From positions 1 through 55,647 of IMG/VR virus record IMGVR_UViG_3300037516_001048: a stretch of DNA of 55,647 nucleotides. The stretch is one strand, 5' to 3'. How positions within the stretch are numbered: position 1 is the stretch's first letter; every line of letters starts with the position of its first letter. The stretch comes from a virus (lineage: Duplodnaviria > Caudoviricetes). Shown here one piece after another: positions 44,574-54,290 of this stretch. Position numbers and translations under genes: made by a program. Under the pieces are notes generated by a model that had not been told where the DNA came from, did not search any database, and worked only from the letters and a program-made list of their open reading frames with translations.

Positions 44574-46727
44574 ATGTACGCTACTCCAAATCCGCCCGAG
44601 ATCCATATCGGCTCCGTCGCCCGCACCCTCATCCGTGACAACGATGCGGTGGACCCGGTACCCTACAACCAACCGCGCACCCTATTCCCCAGCGAACTAA
44701 TCCTCACCCGCCAGCAGGAGGATGCGATGTGCCTTTTCGCCCAGGCCGGGTTCCGGACGTTGAACTTGGAGTTGGGCCGGGACGAATCCGCCACCGATGG
44801 ATCCATCCCCATGTTCTTGGCCACCGAGGGGAGACGCACCCAAGACACCCTCAGCACCGCGAAAAAATTCATGTGCAAGCGGTCGACCTTCCTGCTGGTC
44901 GAGCGGAACGACATGGAGTGGCGGCGGAGACTCAACCCTGACGCGATCTTCGCGCAATCCAACCTGACGGTCCCGCTGTCCCGCCGCATCGCCGGACAAA
45001 AAGCCGCCCGTGCCGTGAACTACTTTTTCGGGACCGACCCATGGCTGGCCCTCCACGCTATCGGGGCCTCCGATCTGGAGCTATCAAAGAAACTGCAGCG
45101 GCTCCTCGACATCAAAATGATTGAGTCCGGCAGTCTCGCCGCCATCCGCCGTGGCGTGGCCAGCGCTTTCGTCCTTGGGGAATCAGTCATGAAGGTCACA
45201 AAGGCCCGCCGGTCCAAACGATTCCGGGAAATGGCCCGTGTCGCCGTGGACCCGGCTGGCAACCCCTGGCTGGCCGGCGATGGTGGCCCCATTTCGGAAA
45301 CGGATCTTTTCATCGACGACCCCGCCACCGGACAGAGTGTCCTCAAACGCGACCCCAAAACCCCGCACCCCGCCGGAGGCCAGCCCCTGATTTTTACGGA
45401 TGTCCTGATCGATCAGGAGGTCGTCACCTACGAAGGGCCGGAGGTCACCAAGGTCCACTTCCGCGACTTCCTGTGCGCGGAGAACGCCACCGACCTGCAG
45501 TCCGCCCCCATGATCATCCACATGATGGAGCGCAGCGCCTCCTCGATTGCCGAGACCTACCTGGCGTCCGGCGACCGCAGCATGAGCGGCATCCAGAAAG
45601 CCGTCTCCCTGATCCAGTCCGCCCTGACCAACACCACTGCCGCCAAGGGTGGAGCCAGCGGCCCCCGCGCCGAGTACGCCCAGTATGAGCCCAGCCAAGC
45701 CGCCGAGCCGACCACGGAATACGGCGAGTTCTATTTCCACTTCGACGCGGATGGCGACGGCGTGACCGAGGATATCTTCCTGTTCATGGATCCAAAAACC
45801 GGCGTCCCCATCTATTACAATTACGTGGCCAATACCACGGACGACCATCAGCGCCCCTTCTATCCTATCACCCCGTCCCCGGTGGAAGGCCGCTGGTGGG
45901 GCCAAGGCGAGATTGAGCGTTTTGAAAGCCATCAGACCAATATCGATCTGCAATACAACCGCCGGAACCACAACCAGAGCGGGGCCGGGCGGGTCGTATT
46001 CTGGAACCGCGCCGCGACCGTGGAAGGCGACACGGACCCAAATTTGAAACTCAACTGGGGCCGGACCTACACGCTCAAGAACGGGCAGACCATGGACGAT
46101 GCCCTGAAGGTTTTCTACATCTCCGACAACAAATTCGACTACCTCAAGGACGAGGTGGAGTTCACGCTCCAGATGGCCATGAATGAATCAGGCGTCCAGC
46201 ACGCCAACGATGCCCAAGCGGCCGGAATGGATTCCGCCAAACTGGCGACCGGCGTCCGAAATATTGAGAAGAGCGGACAGGAGATGTTCGCCCTTCCGAT
46301 TTCCGAACTGGAATCCTGCCTCACCCCCATCGTCCAGTGTTTCAACACCACCCTGTTCGCCGGGCTCAAGGACGAAGAGACATTCCTCTATTTCGAGGGC
46401 GAGGTCCCGCAGGAGATGGTGGTAGCGGCCCGCGACGTGGCCGGGCTCCGCTTCAATATTCAGGTGCTATTGACCAGATTCCGAGAGGAGCAGGTCTTGC
46501 AATCCACCAGTCAGGCCGCGCTGCTCATCCGGGAGTTTTACGGGTATATGCCGGAACTCCAGATGATCATGGCCCCGCTCTACCGCGATATGTTGAAGAG
46601 CCTGCAAATCCAACGTGCCGACCAGTACATCATCCCCATGGGCTCGCCCCTCACCGCCCCCACCGGTCCCGGCGGATCACCGCAGGCGCCGGGCGGACAA
46701 AGCAAATCCCCGGCCCCGCTTTTGTGA
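44574..46727 (+). CDS. portal protein (P22/N4-like)
   Basis: 717 aa; VHFRDF, FDADGDG, RPFY...GRWWGQGEIE and ATG motifs; Pro/Gly-rich tail. Confidence 0.8.
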   Translation: MYATPNPPEIHIGSVARTLIRDNDAVDPVPYNQPRTLFPSELILTRQQEDAMCLFAQAGFRTLNLELGRDESATDGSIPMFLATEGRRTQDTLSTAKKFMCKRSTFLLVERNDMEWRRRLNPDAIFAQSNLTVPLSRRIAGQKAARAVNYFFGTDPWLALHAIGASDLELSKKLQRLLDIKMIESGSLAAIRRGVASAFVLGESVMKVTKARRSKRFREMARVAVDPAGNPWLAGDGGPISETDLFIDDPATGQSVLKRDPKTPHPAGGQPLIFTDVLIDQEVVTYEGPEVTKVHFRDFLCAENATDLQSAPMIIHMMERSASSIAETYLASGDRSMSGIQKAVSLIQSALTNTTAAKGGASGPRAEYAQYEPSQAAEPTTEYGEFYFHFDADGDGVTEDIFLFMDPKTGVPIYYNYVANTTDDHQRPFYPITPSPVEGRWWGQGEIERFESHQTNIDLQYNRRNHNQSGAGRVVFWNRAATVEGDTDPNLKLNWGRTYTLKNGQTMDDALKVFYISDNKFDYLKDEVEFTLQMAMNESGVQHANDAQAAGMDSAKLATGVRNIEKSGQEMFALPISELESCLTPIVQCFNTTLFAGLKDEETFLYFEGEVPQEMVVAARDVAGLRFNIQVLLTRFREEQVLQSTSQAALLIREFYGYMPELQMIMAPLYRDMLKSLQIQRADQYIIPMGSPLTAPTGPGGSPQAPGGQSKSPAPLL

Positions 46728-46761
46728 TTGTAATCGGCCCCGTTTCGGTAACGGTGCTGGA

Positions 46762-46851
46762 CTCACGGTCAGTTAATATGGCAAGCCCCCATCGTTCCGC
46801 AGTGATTGCGAAAGGCGATGGGTAATGGAGGTTCGAAGTCTCCCCGTGGGA
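46762..46851 (+). ncRNA. tRNA-like element with elongated anticodon arm
   Basis: Acceptor CTCACGG/CCGTGGG, D-like ATGGCA loop, stem CCCATCG/CGATGGG enclosing an extra hairpin, T-arm GGAGG-TTCGAAG-TCTCC. Confidence 0.55.
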
Positions 46852-46858
46852 TTCCTTT

Positions 46859-47290
46859 ATGGCATCAGAACCTGAAATCCACTTCGCCAACCTGTGGATT
46901 GCTGTCGGCGGAGAGGAATCCGGACTACCCTTGGTCCCGGAATTGAAGTGGCACCCCACCCGGAAATGGCGGGCCGACTTCGCCCTGCCCACCCGTGGGG
47001 TATTGATCGAGATCGAGGGCGGCGTCCACTCCGGAGGCCGGCACAGTCGCGGAGCCGGATTCACCGCCGACGCCCAGAAATATCTGGAGGCCACCCTCTC
47101 CGGCTGGCACGTCATCCGCCTCGTCCCTTCACAACTCAACCTGTCCACCACCGAACGCCTCCACTCATGGATAAACGCACTGCCGACAAAGCCGCCAGCC
47201 TCTCCCGCGCCCTCCTCGAAAACCAAGGATGGTCCGGATTCATCCTCCCATGGATTACCGCCCGGCAGGAAACCATCAAGGAAGACCTGA
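46859..47290 (+). CDS. PD-(D/E)XK-like endonuclease
   Basis: WHPTRKWRADFA...IEIEGG...GRH...DAQKY..ATLSGW.VIR signature. Confidence 0.8.
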   Translation: MASEPEIHFANLWIAVGGEESGLPLVPELKWHPTRKWRADFALPTRGVLIEIEGGVHSGGRHSRGAGFTADAQKYLEATLSGWHVIRLVPSQLNLSTTERLHSWINALPTKPPASPAPSSKTKDGPDSSSHGLPPGRKPSRKT

Positions 47291-47427
47291 CCAGCCCGAT
47301 GCCCAGCGAGAAGACGGCGGACCTCCGGGAGGAGTACCGCGTCCTGAAAAGCCTGGCCACCCTGCCGGAACGCAACCTGTCCGCCGCCCTCGCCGTCCTC
47401 AGCGAGCGCGGCGGCGACGACGACTAG
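47167..47427 (+). CDS. small helical protein often found downstream of portals
   Basis: MDKRTADKAASLSRALLENQGWSGFILPW... 86 aa; overlaps the endonuclease tail. Confidence 0.55.
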   Translation: MDKRTADKAASLSRALLENQGWSGFILPWITARQETIKEDLTSPMPSEKTADLREEYRVLKSLATLPERNLSAALAVLSERGGDDD

Positions 47428-49550
47428 CGTTTTAGCACGCGCCAAGCTCCACGGACTCCGTCAATACGGACCTGATTGTCAGCCAACGCCGCCTCCAGTG
47501 CGACCTTGCCCAGACTTATGCTGACGCCAAATGACTCCGCCAGGCGCTTTACCAGATCCTCTTTTGAGATGCCGCCCATTGGCACGGCGTCCCGCACCAC
47601 AGACGGCGGTATCTTCACTTTCCCCGGTGCCGCCTTGCCGTCTGATGCCAGCCGCTCCTTCCACTCATCAAGGCTAAAATCTTCATCCCACTCATACAGA
47701 CCGTCCTCCCGGAGGACGATCCCGAACGGCTTGAACTGCTTGCCGTTATTACACTTCCCGCAGGCCACGATCAGCTTGTCCGTATCCTCCGGGTCGAGTG
47801 GTGCGATATTGATCTGGCTCCGGACCTTGTTGTACAGGCCCTTGCTCCCGCGCCCGAATGATGAGGCATCCCAGCCCACCGCCCGAGATGCCCCCTCTTT
47901 GCCCGTGAGCGCGTGGTGGACAAAGAGGATCACCCGCTTGGTGTTCCCCTCTTGGATCACCGCCCGCAACCGGCCGCATAGCGCCTTCATATGTTCGTCA
48001 GTGTTCAGGTCCGCGCTGCTAAAATCCCCCAACGGATCCATCACCACACCATCAGGATCGATGTCGGCTACGGCCTTTCTGATCTCCTCCAAATCCTTCG
48101 GATCGGTGGTATCCATATCGAAGTCGGAATTCTTGAGTAGGGTCGTCGAGTAAATCCGTCGCGCCACGAACTCAAATTGGGAAGCACTCAGGCCCATGCT
48201 GTTTTTCAGCGTCATGATTTCATGCTTCAGGCGGTTCTTGCGATTCTCTCCCTGCAAGAATAACCATTTTTTCCCGTAGGCGGCAGGGTGGACGACCATC
48301 CCGCAGAAATTCATTCCCAGAATCATATGGGCCACCAACTGGAGGGTCCACCGACTTTTCCCGAGCCCGCCCTGCCCTAGAATACTGCAAGCCTCACCCT
48401 CCGTGATGACGTTTTCTCCCACCCACGCTGCGTCAGGGTCAAGCTCCATCTGGTCGATCTCCCAGAGGGAATGAATCGACAGTTTGGTCGAGCGTTCCTG
48501 TTTCGGGACCATGATGGCCTCCTTCGCCAGCTTGAGCGCCTCAGCACCATCCGCCCGCACCCAGTCATTCAAATCCTTGTACTGCTCCGGAGGGTAGGCC
48601 CATTCCACCCCCGGCCACACACTCGCCAGATCCAGCTTCCACTTATGATTCCCGTGTGGTGCCTCGCCCTCCGCCAATGGCTTGTCGTTTTGTTGAAAAC
48701 CCACGGCAGAGCCACGCAAGTAGTGAGGAGCCAGCGACCTGGCGTTACCGGCACCCCGCGAAATGCAGACCTTCAGAGCATCCCGCATCTGGGGATGTAA
48801 ATGGCACTCACAGCCCAACATCATGGTGAAGGCGTCCCACTGGCTTTCAAACGCCACCACCATATCGCGGCCTTCGCCCCAGATCAGCGGCGTGTTTTTC
48901 GTGCCGGTGGGGAACATCCAGTCGCCGTCATCCCTCCGATAATGACACGACACCACCTTGCCTCCAGCATCCATCACCGGGCAGGCAATCTTCCCCTGAT
49001 ACAACCCGAGCAGCTTCTCTGCCCACAACCAATCCACAAACTCCACTGGCCAGCCACGCCACTCCGCCACCCCCGCCCGCCGCTCCGGCAGGAACGCATC
49101 CACGCAGGCCTGCCAATCAAACGCCACCGGCCCCGTCGCCTTCCCGAGTAGGGTAGCCAGCGATGCCTTCGCGGTCGTTAGTAAATCTTGAGTGGGCGGG
49201 GGTCCAGCGGGCACCGCGACTGATGGCGCAGCCCCTCGACTGTACGCCGGTCGCGGAGCTTCCTCCCGCTGGACCCCAGCCAACTCCAGAAATCGTTTGG
49301 CCGCATCCTCCTTGGAACAGCCCTCAAAATCGGCAATGAAATCTACCTCATCCCACGTCGTCCCGCTCGCCCGGTCGATCCCACGCCACCGTCCATTTCG
49401 CTCCACCACGGAAAACGATGGGTGTTTGTCAGGCCGCAGCGGGCTGCAAATCGGCTTGTTCCCCTCAGGCACGGCCACCCCCAACCGGCGGAGCAGATCG
49501 GGAAATGGCAGGGAGTTACGGGCACGGGCGAGGTCATCAGAGAAGGACAT
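47424..49550 (-). CDS. primase-helicase (Zn-finger-like N-terminus, TOPRIM-like region, RepA/AAA_25 helicase)
   Basis: CSPLRPDKHPSF, FESQWDA, KDLNDW, GQGGLGKS Walker A, VMDPL, VHH. Confidence 0.85.
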   Translation of the reverse strand: MSFSDDLARARNSLPFPDLLRRLGVAVPEGNKPICSPLRPDKHPSFSVVERNGRWRGIDRASGTTWDEVDFIADFEGCSKEDAAKRFLELAGVQREEAPRPAYSRGAAPSVAVPAGPPPTQDLLTTAKASLATLLGKATGPVAFDWQACVDAFLPERRAGVAEWRGWPVEFVDWLWAEKLLGLYQGKIACPVMDAGGKVVSCHYRRDDGDWMFPTGTKNTPLIWGEGRDMVVAFESQWDAFTMMLGCECHLHPQMRDALKVCISRGAGNARSLAPHYLRGSAVGFQQNDKPLAEGEAPHGNHKWKLDLASVWPGVEWAYPPEQYKDLNDWVRADGAEALKLAKEAIMVPKQERSTKLSIHSLWEIDQMELDPDAAWVGENVITEGEACSILGQGGLGKSRWTLQLVAHMILGMNFCGMVVHPAAYGKKWLFLQGENRKNRLKHEIMTLKNSMGLSASQFEFVARRIYSTTLLKNSDFDMDTTDPKDLEEIRKAVADIDPDGVVMDPLGDFSSADLNTDEHMKALCGRLRAVIQEGNTKRVILFVHHALTGKEGASRAVGWDASSFGRGSKGLYNKVRSQINIAPLDPEDTDKLIVACGKCNNGKQFKPFGIVLREDGLYEWDEDFSLDEWKERLASDGKAAPGKVKIPPSVVRDAVPMGGISKEDLVKRLAESFGVSISLGKVALEAALADNQVRIDGVRGAWRVLKR

Positions 49551-49617
49551 GGGAGGGGCAGGACATTACGGAGGAAGGAAGATTGCGCCACGGAAACCCC
49601 GGCACCCAGGTGACAGG

Positions 49618-49779
49618 CTACAGTGTAGCCCGCTCAATGTCGGAGGTGGTCGCCCACTCCGGGGGGTCGCTGAGACGTGCGACGGCGGCGGTCATCAGGC
49701 TGAGGTATTCCAGCCGCAACGCCTCCGCCAGAAAATCAGGGGCCATATCATCAGGTGGTTGGTTTTTTGTTGGGGTCAT
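49618..49779 (-). CDS. hypothetical protein
   Basis: 53 aa after the leader CACCAACAAACAAA. Confidence 0.5.
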   Translation of the reverse strand: MTPTKNQPPDDMAPDFLAEALRLEYLSLMTAAVARLSDPPEWATTSDIERATL

Positions 49780-49814
49780 TTTGTTTGTTGGTGAGTGCCG
49801 GCAGTCCGGCAAAA

Positions 49815-51200
49815 TTAGCGCCTGCCTTTGGCGAACATCCGGGACATCAGCGTCGATGCCGCAGCCCGGCTCAGTCCCTCCGGCGGGATGACCACGCGGA
49901 ACCGGCGGAGCATGGCCACCTGTTTGGCCGTGGCCATGAGCGTGTTATGATCAACGGACGGCACTGCCTCCACTGCGACGTGGTGCCGCTTGCAGAAATC
50001 CGCCAGGGTCACGGTGTAGGCCTTCCGCCGGGCCTCCGCCTTCGTCTTGCGGATGAGAGCCAGTTCGCGGGCAATCCGGAGGGATTCCGCCACTCCGGCC
50101 GCGAGCTCTTCGAGATTGAGCGGCTTGTCCACCACCCTCGATGCACAGATATAACCCATCTCCGGATCGTCCGAGAATAGTGATGCCGGGCGGGCATAGT
50201 GCTGCTTGGTCTGCCACAATAAATCCAGCAGGAGCATATTGGCCTTCCCGGAAAATAGCCGGGTGCCCCGCCCCACGATCTGCTGATAGAGCGACGACGA
50301 CTTGATGGGCCGCAGCGGCACCACGCAGTCGACGCACGGCTCATCCCATCCCTCCGTCAGCACCGCGGCGTTACACAGATACTGGATCCGCCCGGCCCTG
50401 AAATCGGCCATCACCGCTGTCCGGTCCATCTCCCCATCGACGTGGCCAGCCGAAACCCCGCACTCCCGCAGGAGATCCGCGAATCGTTTGGAGGTATCGA
50501 TCAGTGGCAGGAACACCACCACCGAGCGCCGGCCTACGGATGCCTTCACTACCGCCCCGGCAATCTCCCGCAGCAGTGGGGTAATCAGCGCGTCCGCCTG
50601 CTCCGGCGAGAGCTCCCCGGAAACCTTTGGCAGATCCACCAGCACCGGCAGCGATTGAACCAGAATATCACACAAGAACCCCTGACTGATTAGTTCCGGG
50701 AGCGTCACCTCATAGGCGATCCGGTCCCACCACTCCGAGAGTTTCTGCCGGTCCATCCGAAACGGCGTGGCCGTCACCCCGAGGTATTCCCCAGCGGAGA
50801 GGGATTCCAAGAATCGTTTCCATTTCGGGGCCATAGAGTGATGAGCTTCGTCCACAATGACCAAATCAAAATGCCGGTGCAGCCGCCGCCGGTCCCCCCA
50901 CAGGCTGGCCACCGAGCCCACCACCAACTGGTCATCAGGATCCGACTCCAGTCCCGCCATCTCGATCCCCGGCTCCAGCCCGATGGCCCTGCCCTTGTCC
51001 ACGGCCTGCATCACCAGATCCTCGCGGTGCGCCACCACCAGCACCGACCGCCCGGCAGCGAGCGCCCGCCGGGCATATTCGATGAAGACCACCGTCTTGC
51101 CGCCGCCGGTCGCCATCAGCAGCAGTTGGCGCGTGTACCCGGCAACCCGGCCTTCCTCCAGCGCCGCCAGGGCACTGGCTTGGTAGGGTCGCAGGGTCAT
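49815..51200 (-). CDS. SF2 DEAD/DEAH helicase
   Basis: LRPYQ, ATGGGKT, VDEAHH, TATP, LTEGWDEP, QIVGRGTR. Confidence 0.92.
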   Translation of the reverse strand: MTLRPYQASALAALEEGRVAGYTRQLLLMATGGGKTVVFIEYARRALAAGRSVLVVAHREDLVMQAVDKGRAIGLEPGIEMAGLESDPDDQLVVGSVASLWGDRRRLHRHFDLVIVDEAHHSMAPKWKRFLESLSAGEYLGVTATPFRMDRQKLSEWWDRIAYEVTLPELISQGFLCDILVQSLPVLVDLPKVSGELSPEQADALITPLLREIAGAVVKASVGRRSVVVFLPLIDTSKRFADLLRECGVSAGHVDGEMDRTAVMADFRAGRIQYLCNAAVLTEGWDEPCVDCVVPLRPIKSSSLYQQIVGRGTRLFSGKANMLLLDLLWQTKQHYARPASLFSDDPEMGYICASRVVDKPLNLEELAAGVAESLRIARELALIRKTKAEARRKAYTVTLADFCKRHHVAVEAVPSVDHNTLMATAKQVAMLRRFRVVIPPEGLSRAAASTLMSRMFAKGRR

Positions 51201-51415
51201 GCGCTCTCCTTCCAGCCAATCGCCCCGGCGGTATCCATGGCCGTGTCGATCATCGCCCGGTCGTAGGTGGTATTCCGCTTCCCTTGGATGACCGGGCGGA
51301 GCCCCGTCACGCTGCAGAGCCTCCGGAGATTCTCCCGCCCGCCCACATAGGCCGCTGCGATAGGCTCCCGCATCCCGCGTGGCCAGGAGGGGTTGATGGC
51401 AAATTCAGTGGTCAT
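51197..51415 (-). CDS. small DNA-binding (excisionase-like) protein
   Basis: WPRGMREPIAAAYVG...YDRAMID pattern. Confidence 0.55.
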   Translation of the reverse strand: MTTEFAINPSWPRGMREPIAAAYVGGRENLRRLCSVTGLRPVIQGKRNTTYDRAMIDTAMDTAGAIGWKESA

Positions 51416-51440
51416 ATTGTGGGCAGGGGGATGAGGTGGT

Positions 51441-51947
51441 TCAGTACGGAGGCTTCACGGATTCGACAGTGGCCGTCGTTCCCGATGCGGGGCCGCTGCT
51501 CTTCAGGAGTGCGGAGGCGCGGTTGGTCAGGTTCATCCGCTTGAGCAGATCCTTACCGGCATTCGGCGCGAGCACCGGGGCCGACGCAGATTTGCCGTAG
51601 GGATTGAGCCACCGGACCCTCAGATATTCCTTGGTGCCATCTTCCGACGGCTCCATTTCGGCAACGATGCTGCACGTCTGATCAAGGAACAGGTCCGGCA
51701 GTTCAGCAATCTCTTCGAAGACTCCCCCGAAGCCGAACGTCTCATGGAGGGCCTTCGCGGTCCCCTCCCACGATTTGTCGGACAGCCAGCCGGTCCATGC
51801 GATGGTTTGCCCCGCTTGAGGGCCAGCAATCACCTGCATATTGACGCGGACGCCGAGGGTGCCCTTGGTGGATTGGAAGAGACCGTTGGAGGTATCTGAG
51901 ATGACGGAGCAATCGTAGTTGCCGGGGGTTTTGAGTTCGTTTGACAT
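51441..51947 (-). CDS. ssDNA-binding protein-like (DUF669-type)
   Basis: PGNYDC...STKGT...; located next to the Sak4-like ATPase. Confidence 0.65.
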   Translation of the reverse strand: MSNELKTPGNYDCSVISDTSNGLFQSTKGTLGVRVNMQVIAGPQAGQTIAWTGWLSDKSWEGTAKALHETFGFGGVFEEIAELPDLFLDQTCSIVAEMEPSEDGTKEYLRVRWLNPYGKSASAPVLAPNAGKDLLKRMNLTNRASALLKSSGPASGTTATVESVKPPY

Positions 51948-52055
51948 AGTGTTTTCGGGTTGTTGTTGTTGGGGTTGGGTGGTGGAGGCGGGGGGGCCAC
52001 GCTGCTTTCAGCGCGAGGCTTAGTCGGGGATTTGCCGCCCCCGCCTCCAAATTGT

Positions 52056-52970
52056 TCAGGCCGCTGGCTTGGCCAGTCCGGGGATTTCGTCCGCCTGGCG
52101 GAGCTCAAAGAAAGCGACCGCCTTCCGGAGACGGTCAGGCGTCAGGGTGGCGATGGATGCCAAGTGGGTCTTGCGCTCCGCATCAGTGAAATTGCTGGTG
52201 GACAGCAGACCCATCGCGTTAGCCTCCAAGGTGGGCCGGTGCAGGGCCTTCAACTCCTTGTCCAAGGCATCCATGGAGAATGGCAATTCAGCCGGCAGAC
52301 CGTAGCGGTTTTTCGCCTCCCACTCCGGGGACTTTTCCGTGTAGAGCTTCCGCTCCCCGCCCATCGCCGACCGCTCCTTTTTATCGCCCTTCTGGAACAA
52401 TTCATAGTTCGCGAACAGCACCATATCGGCCCAGCCAAGGATGATCGAATTAAACGCTTCGTTGCCCTTCAATACCCACGAATTGTATTCAACCCCGTCC
52501 GGGCGTTTAATTATTTTCGTGGTCACATGGCTGGTGATCCAGACCGCCACCAAGTGCTTCTGGTTGATTTGATCCAGCCGTTGCAGGACGCCCTCCAGCA
52601 GTTCCCGGCCCCGCTTGTAGCCCTTGCCATAGCCGCCGCCGTAGAGTTCCACGCTCTTGACCGTGCCCTCGCGACAAACCTCCGCGTAGATCAGGCTCTC
52701 CAAGGCATCGAGCGTATCCACCGCCAACGTCCGGAACGGCAGTGCCTTGGCCCCGATGGATTCATCGAGGAACCCAATCACTTCAGCATAGGTCGCCGGT
52801 TCAAACTGCGGAATGTATTCCATGCCGACCAATCCCTTTTCACAGGCGATCACGGCCGGCTGAAATGCCGAGCAAACGAAGGTTGTTTTTCCGATGCCGG
52901 GGACCCCGGCAATGATCCCCCGTGGAGGCAGGATCAGTTCTTTGGGAGCGAGTTTTGACAAGAATGACAT
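52056..52970 (-). CDS. Sak4-like AAA_24 ATPase / recombination protein
   Basis: GVPGIGKTTF, TLAVDTLDALE, GYGKGY, WADMVLFA, AKNRYGLP. Confidence 0.88.
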   Translation of the reverse strand: MSFLSKLAPKELILPPRGIIAGVPGIGKTTFVCSAFQPAVIACEKGLVGMEYIPQFEPATYAEVIGFLDESIGAKALPFRTLAVDTLDALESLIYAEVCREGTVKSVELYGGGYGKGYKRGRELLEGVLQRLDQINQKHLVAVWITSHVTTKIIKRPDGVEYNSWVLKGNEAFNSIILGWADMVLFANYELFQKGDKKERSAMGGERKLYTEKSPEWEAKNRYGLPAELPFSMDALDKELKALHRPTLEANAMGLLSTSNFTDAERKTHLASIATLTPDRLRKAVAFFELRQADEIPGLAKPAA

Positions 52971-53251
52971 TATTTTGTGGGTGTTGTTTTTGGTTGGAAA
53001 AGTTCATGGGACGGATCGACGAACTCCATCACGATGCGGGCGGCAACGGCCCCCACCTGGACGGCCTCAGCCGCAGCCGGGACACGGCGGTCGCGTTTCA
53101 CGTCGTCCCAGTATTCGTCGACCTCCTCCTGGAGGATGGCGTAGGCCTCATGGGGCGAGTTGAACGGCTTGTGAAGGGAGCGTGCGCGGATCACCTCAGC
53201 GCGGATTTCTGCCAGTGCGGCATCGAGTCGGATCAGATCGTCAGTGGTCAT
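52970..53251 (-). CDS. MazG-like all-alpha protein
   Basis: FNSPHEAYAILQEEVDEYWDDVK...EAVQVGAVA; start MTTDD at 53251 inferred. Confidence 0.75.
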   Translation of the reverse strand: MTTDDLIRLDAALAEIRAEVIRARSLHKPFNSPHEAYAILQEEVDEYWDDVKRDRRVPAAAEAVQVGAVAARIVMEFVDPSHELFQPKTTPTK

Positions 53252-53254
53252 ATA

Positions 53255-53478
53255 AGTGGGAGGGGTGCCCAGCCCTGCTGGTATCGACAGGGCCGGGCGG
53301 TTGGTTTGCCGGATTACCCTCCGGCGAGGAATTGGTGGGGCCATCGCAGTCTCCGCTGCCTGCCCAGGTGTTGGTTGTTTTACCTGCGACAGCCCCAAAT
53401 TGATTACCACACCCGCCGCCGAGATTTCCGTTCGATAAAACGGCGGGCGTGGTATTGCCCGCAGAGAGCGGGAAATTC
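53255..53478 (-). ncRNA. structured intergenic RNA (four to five hairpins)
   Basis: 14-bp stems TACCACGCCCGCCG/CGGCGGGTGTGGTA and TGGGGCTGTCGCAG/CTGCGATGGCCCCA, plus GCCGGA/TCCGGC and GCCCGGCCCTG/CAGGGCTGGGC. Confidence 0.5.
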
Positions 53479-53495
53479 GTTACCGGAACGGGGCC

Positions 53496-54290
53496 TTAAT
53501 ACGCCACCGGGAAGTCCTCCGTGGCATCCGACGCGGCCCGCCAGTGGATCCCTTTGATTTTCTTGCCACCACGGCGGAAATTCCAAGCCTTGATCAGCAG
53601 AGCGAGCATCGTGTTGTCTGGCAGTTTCGTATTGGCGACGGTGTTCCGGATGATCTTGTCCCGCAGGACCGCCACCGGATCACCAGCCTTGAGACCGATC
53701 CCCGTGTGCAGGTCCATGATGAATCGATCCGCCTCCAGCCGGGAGTGTTGGCTGAACACGTAGTGGGCTGCGGTCAGCCGGGCCGGTGAAATCATCCGTG
53801 GAAGTTTGCGCTTACAGAAGGTCACCGACTCACTCAGCCAGGGATGCTCCGCGAGGATACCTTCGATCTCGACCGTGGGGGGATGCTCCTTTGACATCAC
53901 CGTGCCGCGACCGATCTGCCACAGCACCACCAGCGATGCCCCGAGAACCGTAGTATTGAGGTGCCCCGCGATGGACAGCACATCAGATGCGCCACGGACC
54001 TTGCCGGAATCGATCGTCGCGAAGTACGCGCTATCGATCCCATATACCACCACTGACCACATCGCGACTCCCGTATCAACCACGGCCAGCAGTCGGTGCT
54101 GCCCGTCGAGAATCCCATCATCACTCAGGATGATCGACTCGCCATTGAGCCGGTAGGTACCCTCAGTCAAAGCTTTGACCACCTTGTTGTAGTTGACGAG
54201 ATTGACCGGGCGGTTGGTCTTTCGCATGGCCAGCCACCGTTTGGCCATGACTGGGGTGATTAGTGTGATGTGGACGTGTGGTTTTGTCAT
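53496..54290 (-). CDS. ParB-like (DGQHR motif) protein
   Basis: ITPVMAKRWL...NRP...ILDGQHRLLAVV...IDSGKVR. Confidence 0.8.
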   Translation of the reverse strand: MTKPHVHITLITPVMAKRWLAMRKTNRPVNLVNYNKVVKALTEGTYRLNGESIILSDDGILDGQHRLLAVVDTGVAMWSVVVYGIDSAYFATIDSGKVRGASDVLSIAGHLNTTVLGASLVVLWQIGRGTVMSKEHPPTVEIEGILAEHPWLSESVTFCKRKLPRMISPARLTAAHYVFSQHSRLEADRFIMDLHTGIGLKAGDPVAVLRDKIIRNTVANTKLPDNTMLALLIKAWNFRRGGKKIKGIHWRAASDATEDFPVAY

